A DNA stretch of 32,000 nt, from assembly GCF_000427095.1 (NCBI RefSeq), contig NC_021487.1, positions 1,629,146 through 1,661,145 on the forward strand, read 5' to 3'. The position numbers and the translations under genes were made by a program. Numbering within the stretch: position 1 is the first letter of the stretch; every line of letters begins with the position of its first letter. Positions 27,894 to 32,000 of this stretch are shown piece after piece. The notes beneath the pieces were generated by a model that did not search any database, was not told the origin of the DNA, and saw nothing but the letters and a program-made list of their open reading frames with translations. This stretch comes from Chthonomonas calidirosea T49 (lineage in GTDB: Bacteria > Armatimonadota > Chthonomonadetes > Chthonomonadales > Chthonomonadaceae).

Positions 27894-28154
27894 TCAATAC
27901 AGCCCAATAAGGAGCGCACCGTTTGTGCTGGAGCCAGTCGCCCACACCTGCTGAACGGCAATAGGGTTATAGCCTTTTATAAAAGGGATGGTGAGCTGGT
28001 CTCCGCCCAGCGTGGTGACATGAAGCGTGCAATCGGCGCTCACCAAAATCCCACGAGCATAAGGAACACCGCTCACGCTGGCTGCCACCAGCTGGGTGTC
28101 GCTGGGCGCGATAAGCCAGGCGCGCTGGGCTGGGTTTGCAGGAGGAATATTCAT
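27894..28154 (-). CDS. Small phage/GTA protein resembling the Rcc01079-type spike base family
   Basis: 86 aa pattern: PSDTQLVAASVSGVPYARGILVSADCTLHVTTLGGDQLTIPFIKGYNPIAVQQVWATGSSTNGALLIGLY. The terminal 'V.ATG(T/S)T....I.LY' motif is typical of that family. Confidence 0.5.
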   Translation of the reverse strand: MNIPPANPAQRAWLIAPSDTQLVAASVSGVPYARGILVSADCTLHVTTLGGDQLTIPFIKGYNPIAVQQVWATGSSTNGALLIGLY

Positions 28155-28483
28155 CTGCGCCCTCCTTGTTTGCCCCCTGTACCACTCCTTAACGAGCCCG
28201 CCAGCACCTGCTTTTCCAAAGCATCTACCCGGCCTTTAAGCCGCTCCCACTCCCTCGCCATCTCCTCAAACGTAGGCAACCGTCGCTCGCTGCCGTCCGG
28301 AAAAGCTGCGGGGAAGGGGGCAAGCTTAGGGTCTTCCGGCCCTGCAACGGTCTGCACCTCCAACATCGGTTCAGCGCAAACGGCCTCACTTATCTGCGAA
28401 ACCAACAGCCATTTTTGGCAGGGGTACAGCACCCCCTCCACACGAAAGCCCCGCCCTTGTCCTCGACATCGCACAGCATACAT
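28151..28483 (-). CDS. Hypothetical small phage-cassette protein with C-terminal coiled coil
   Basis: 110 aa, ATGA overlap with the next gene, two Cys near the N-terminus, and FEEMAREWERLKGRVDALEKQVL helix. Confidence 0.55.
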   Translation of the reverse strand: MYAVRCRGQGRGFRVEGVLYPCQKWLLVSQISEAVCAEPMLEVQTVAGPEDPKLAPFPAAFPDGSERRLPTFEEMAREWERLKGRVDALEKQVLAGSLRSGTGGKQGGRR

Positions 28484-28507
28484 CTCTCCTCCCCTCCTTC
28501 CAAAAAG

Positions 28508-29437
28508 CTATGCGGTGGCATTGGAACCGTAAGCAAGCTGCCAAAGTCCATAGCCCTGCACGTAGCGCCCCCGCACGGTGAAATGGTAGCGCTCGCGAAT
28601 GCGGGCCTCCGGCATGTCCATGTCGGTTTCGAGCGTGATCGGCACGTCGCTGCGATTCTGGATAACAATGGGTTTCACCTCGCGACTGCAGTCCAGCAAG
28701 AACCATTGATAGCCTGAAATGTAGGGATTGATCACCAGCTTATAGCGGCCATTAAAGTAGTTGCGATAGGGGGTAGAGGGCACCCCAGCCGTGCCCACCT
28801 CGCCAGGCTGGTACACGATGTCCTGAGCCACAAGGTTCCATGCGCGCCGCGCCAACAGCGGCCCCACCACCAATGTGTCGGGCACCACATGCATCGGAAT
28901 GCCCTTGTCATCTACAAAGCTCATCATCGCGGTTGCGGCGGCCTCTAAAGACGCATCGCTGAGAGGCGCGGTGGTGATGTTGCTCTGAATAGGGCTGCTT
29001 CCTTCCTGATGATTCGCATTGAAGAAGTACTGCCCATCATAGCAAAGCTGCGAAAACCCAGCTACCAACCCCTGAAACGCCAGCTGATTCCAGTGCCGCA
29101 CCGGCTCCTGAGCCAGCTCCCGAACCCGAAGCATGATCAGGCCGTACTGATCGTCCTCGATCATGCGCCTATCAATCACCAAAGCACCCTTGTAGAGAAT
29201 ATCGGCCAGCTGATAGGTATCTTCTCGAAGCGCCTGCTCTTTTATCTCATCGGCAAACGGCTGCATAACCGCTCCACGACCAAGCCAGGCGTAACGCTGA
29301 ATGGGCAGGGTCGTCGGCAGCTCCGTGGCGATCTGGCGCCAATCCGCCTTTTCGTTGGCCTCCAAATAGGCGTTGTTAAACTCCGTTTTGATCCCCGCCT
29401 GCGTTAACAAAAGCAGGTCGGATGTCACAATGGCCAT
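28508..29437 (-). CDS. Mu-like phage major capsid (head subunit gpT-like) protein
   Basis: Length 309 aa. Sequence features: RYAWLGRGAVMQPFADEIKEQALREDTYQLADILYKGALVIDRRMIEDDQYGLIMLRVRELAQEPVRHWNQLAFQGLVAGF, CYDGQYFFNANHQEG, DTLVVGPLLARRAWNLV. The pattern is that of Mu gpT-type HK97-fold capsids. Confidence 0.8.
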   Translation of the reverse strand: MAIVTSDLLLLTQAGIKTEFNNAYLEANEKADWRQIATELPTTLPIQRYAWLGRGAVMQPFADEIKEQALREDTYQLADILYKGALVIDRRMIEDDQYGLIMLRVRELAQEPVRHWNQLAFQGLVAGFSQLCYDGQYFFNANHQEGSSPIQSNITTAPLSDASLEAAATAMMSFVDDKGIPMHVVPDTLVVGPLLARRAWNLVAQDIVYQPGEVGTAGVPSTPYRNYFNGRYKLVINPYISGYQWFLLDCSREVKPIVIQNRSDVPITLETDMDMPEARIRERYHFTVRGRYVQGYGLWQLAYGSNATA

Positions 29438-29499
29438 ATCGTTTCACTCCTTCAAAAGTCCATCCAATGCAACAAGCAACTTAACAGGAGAGATTGCCT

Positions 29500-29931
29500 C
29501 TAGCGAACCGCGACATCAATGCGAATGCGAACGTCGTTCGCATCCTCCACCCCAACCACATAGCCCACCAACGTGTTTGGGTTGGAGCCGTTGGTGGCGT
29601 TTGTCGTCAGCGTCTGATCGTCGAGCGCGTAGATGGCATCTCCTACCAAATTTTGTGAGGCAGAGGACAGCGCGAACACATAGGTGCCCGTCTTCTGTAC
29701 GCGAATGCTCTGTGCCCCCGCTGGTCCTCCGCTGTTATCTATGGTCTCGTACGCGACGCCCAAAAAGTTATCGGCGGTAACTGCCGCACCCGCCCTTGCT
29801 GGGTAGGCGTATCCGTCGGCATTATAAGCCACCACCAACGTTCCCTTGTTGATGCGCACCGCGCCCATTTTGTAGGCCACGATCTGCCCCGGTTTCCTTT
29901 GAGCCTCGCGCGGCCCTGTAGATGCTGCCAT
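29500..29931 (-). CDS. Capsid decoration/stabilisation-like protein (DUF2190-like)
   Basis: VAYKMGAVRINKGTLVVAYNADGYAYPARAGAAVTADNFLGVAYETIDNSGGPAGAQSIRVQKTGTYVFAL..., between the protease and capsid genes. Confidence 0.6.
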   Translation of the reverse strand: MAASTGPREAQRKPGQIVAYKMGAVRINKGTLVVAYNADGYAYPARAGAAVTADNFLGVAYETIDNSGGPAGAQSIRVQKTGTYVFALSSASQNLVGDAIYALDDQTLTTNATNGSNPNTLVGYVVGVEDANDVRIRIDVAVR

Positions 29932-29965
29932 CCTAAACGTCTCCTCTTGTTAAAAATCGTGCTCT

Positions 29966-31441
29966 CTATTCTCTCGCCGCTAACAGGTTCTCCGCAAACG
30001 CCTCCTGTTTCTCCGGCGTGGTAAACCCCATCTTAATGGCCATGGCTCGCTGCGCTTCCGATAGCCGTTCCCAAGCGCTGGTTGCTCCCCGCTCTTCAGC
30101 GGGGCCTGGAAGGAGGCAGGGTGCTGACACTCGCCGGCCTCCACCCGCAGCCTCCACACCAAACCTTGCATCGGCCTCCAGATTCCAGGCGAGCGCTTTG
30201 GCTCTCACAACCTCGATCGGCTCGAAATCCACCTGCGCGCCTATGGTCGTTCCGCTCTCCGCGCCATAAAGACGTATGGCCGCTCTTTTTGCCTCTGCCC
30301 GTGCCTCCTCAAGTGCACCGAGGCCGAGCTTCGCCATCTCTAGCCGATGTCGCAAGTCTGACGCTGAAACGATGCCGTGCTCCTGCAACAGCTGCACAAC
30401 CGCGCTGTCGAGCTCACTAACAGCCTCTATCGGCTGTGTCGTCTCCTCTCCAAGAACCCCATCGCTATCCAACAAGGCCTCCTCCATCTCCAAAACGGCC
30501 TCTAGCTGCTTCGCAGGCTCCTCCGCCTTCGCCATCACCTCCTGCCCTCGCCGCAAAGCGGAGAGAATCTGCCGCACTCCCTCTTTCCAATGCATGGACA
30601 TCTCGCTCCTTTCTCCATCCCTTCTATCCATCCGTTGCCGCACCTGCGCGCGGGCGCGTAAACGTTTCAACGCCTCCTCAAACGAAAGCACCTCATCCAC
30701 CAACCCCACCTGCACAGCCTGATGCCCTACAAAAAGCCCTCCGCGCGCGACCTGCTGCAGCTGCTGCTCAGTAAGAGCCCGTCGCTGCCGCACAAAGCGG
30801 GTAAATATCGCTCCCACCGTGCCCACATAACGCTCCAAATAGCGCACATCGGCAGGTAGAAGCGGCTGACCTGGCGCTCCTACCCGCTTGCGTGGGCCGG
30901 TAGCAACCGCATGCACCCGCAAGCCAGCCCGCTCTAACGCGCGACTGCTGTCGGTAACCACCAACAAAGCCCCTACCCCTCCCACCGTCGCCGTTGGGTT
31001 ACAGTAGATGGCATCGGCAGCACAAGCGATCCAGTAGGCCGCACTACACCCGATATCTTCGATGTAGGCCGCTAAAGGCTTACGCCGCGCGAATTGACAG
31101 AGGGCCATCGCCAGGTCATGCGTGCCCGCCACTTGCCCTCCCGGCGAATCGATGCGCAGCAGAAGAGCTCTCACTTTCGGATCGCTGAACGCTTGGCCTA
31201 CCGCAAAACGCGCCCAACGCGTGGAACATCCTCCCTCCACCACCTGCTTCGTTAACCGACCCACCAGATTGAGCACCGCAACGCCATCCTCAAGCACTTG
31301 AAAACCTGGCCCAGTCTCCAGCAAACCAGCCCTCTGTTCCTCGGGTAGCGTTGCCTGCAACACCCGCGGCTCGGAGGCAGCCGCCTCCGCATGGGGTTCC
31401 AACGCCCACAGGGCATCCTCCGTTAACCAACCGTTTCCCAT
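29966..31441 (-). CDS. S49 (SppA/ClpP-like) capsid maturation protease with long C-terminal, probably scaffold-like, region
   Basis: ALLLRIDSPGGQVAGTHDLAMAL, AAYIEDIGCSAAYWIACAADAIYCNPTATVGGVGALLVVTDSSRALERAGLRVHAVATGPRKRVGAPGQPL; C-terminal helical region of ~200 aa. ATG 31441 has AGGTG 8 nt upstream. The ORF track starts at GTG 31450. Confidence 0.88.
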   Translation of the reverse strand: MGNGWLTEDALWALEPHAEAAASEPRVLQATLPEEQRAGLLETGPGFQVLEDGVAVLNLVGRLTKQVVEGGCSTRWARFAVGQAFSDPKVRALLLRIDSPGGQVAGTHDLAMALCQFARRKPLAAYIEDIGCSAAYWIACAADAIYCNPTATVGGVGALLVVTDSSRALERAGLRVHAVATGPRKRVGAPGQPLLPADVRYLERYVGTVGAIFTRFVRQRRALTEQQLQQVARGGLFVGHQAVQVGLVDEVLSFEEALKRLRARAQVRQRMDRRDGERSEMSMHWKEGVRQILSALRRGQEVMAKAEEPAKQLEAVLEMEEALLDSDGVLGEETTQPIEAVSELDSAVVQLLQEHGIVSASDLRHRLEMAKLGLGALEEARAEAKRAAIRLYGAESGTTIGAQVDFEPIEVVRAKALAWNLEADARFGVEAAGGGRRVSAPCLLPGPAEERGATSAWERLSEAQRAMAIKMGFTTPEKQEAFAENLLAARE

Positions 31442-31502
31442 GATTTTCACCTATCGCTTTTAAGAAATAGCGAGATCGCTAATTCCCATTTCATAAGCAT
31501 TC

Positions 31503-31544
31503 GGCGCAGGAGACTCTTGCTGAAAGGCAAGAGAAGAATGCGCC
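31503..31544 (-). promoter_or_regulatory. Two-tier hairpin in the leader of the capsid cassette
   Basis: Outer GGCGCA (31503-31508) / TGCGCC (31539-31544), 5x5 internal loop, inner CTCTTGC (31514-31520) / GCAAGAG (31527-31533), 6-nt loop. It lies 62-103 nt upstream of ATG 31441. Confidence 0.45.
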
Positions 31545-32000
31545 TTCCATCTTTTCCTTTGCCTAAAAAAGTGCTTTCCTGACAACGATCAAATTGACTG
31601 TGCAGGTCACGTAAGGCACCGAATGCCGCGTACTAGAAAAGCCGCTTCCTTCACTACCCCAGCTGCCCAGATCGTCGAGACGGTTGAGGCATCAGAAAAT
31701 GCCCTAACCCTGCGGCGAACACCAACTTCGCAAGCACCAATAGAGAGGGTGAGCATGATATCGAGAAGGTGAATTCTCCTTGCTAGCAGCATGGGAATCA
31801 TGCTTAGCCGCTATTAGAGAGCCACGCGGCACAGCAAGTCGTTGGACGATCTGTGATGAAGATTCACCGTCGGGTCTTTGTCAACGTTTTAGCTGAGCGT
31901 AGTTCATCCAAGCACTTACGGTCTCTAAAGCTAGAGATAAAAACCGGTAATTTTTCAATCGATCTGTCGTTCTGTTCTAAGGTATCTTGCCTTAACGAGT

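Larger units (their letters stand above)
26325..31544 (-). mobile_element. Phage-derived capsid and lysis cassette (prophage remnant, satellite, or domesticated module)
   Basis: Co-directional genes: S49 capsid protease, decoration-like protein, gpT-like major capsid, small phage-like proteins, GH25 lysozyme. No terminase, portal, tail or integrase ORF is seen in the window. Confidence 0.8.

Noticed and set aside
29373-30774. Plus-strand ORFs (29373..29780, 30082..30420, 30276..30722, 30436..30774) opposite the phage genes
   Set aside because: Ser/Pro/Arg-rich shadow translations of the S49 protease and decoration genes. No independent evidence of coding.
26325-31441. Interpreting the cassette as an encapsulin system
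   Set aside because: The shell protein looks gpT-like, not encapsulin-like. It comes with a maturation protease, decoration protein and lysis genes, and no cargo enzyme gene is seen, so a strict encapsulin call is not supported.
31607-31801. 64-aa minus-strand ORF, and a 49-codon plus-strand ORF at 31623..31772
   Set aside because: The two short ORFs overlap on opposite strands, with no motif and no strong RBS. Neither can be supported, so the region is treated as non-coding.
1-32000. CRISPR array, rRNA or tRNA genes, toxin-antitoxin pair, restriction-modification or a defence island
   Set aside because: I saw no regularly spaced repeats, no rRNA signatures, no convincing cloverleaf, and no nuclease or methylase pair. 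The single methyltransferase is a small-molecule type without a restriction partner. tRNAscan-SE and PADLOC/DefenseFinder would be decisive.

Overview
This 32 kb window looks like a compact bacterial chromosome segment with high coding density. The gene style is compatible with Armatimonadota or a similar phylum, but that is only a weak inference. From left to right it contains:
(1) a 5'-truncated ABC exporter followed by a DUF1854 protein, an arrangement I associate with cyanophycin-metabolism loci;
(2) an MFS permease fused to a large C-terminal HEAT-repeat domain, whose stop codon overlaps the stop of the DUF1854 gene;
(3) acetyl-CoA synthetase, a TPR/glycosyltransferase-9-like protein, and a Nudix hydrolase;
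(4) a membrane-anchored YvcK, RapZ and SAM hydroxide adenosyltransferase cluster;
(5) an Mrp/ApbC ATPase and a class III aminotransferase, with a terminator-like structure between them;
(6) a minus-strand run of mqnC, DUF951, a secreted orphan, a secreted Ig-like/TPR protein and a methyltransferase;
(7) a CheW-CheA-HDOD operon and trmFO;
(8) a 5.1 kb minus-strand phage-derived cassette at 26325-31441. It encodes an S49 protease (possibly fused to scaffold), a decoration-like protein, a Mu gpT-like major capsid, a Cys-containing small protein, a GTA-like spike-base-like small protein, two holin-like small membrane proteins, and a GH25 lysozyme.
The cassette has no terminase, portal, connector, tail or integrase gene inside the window. 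It has a two-tier hairpin leader and strong internal and terminal hairpins. This apparently self-contained 'capsid plus lysis' module is the best candidate for an undescribed system. The absence of packaging genes must be checked beyond position 32000.
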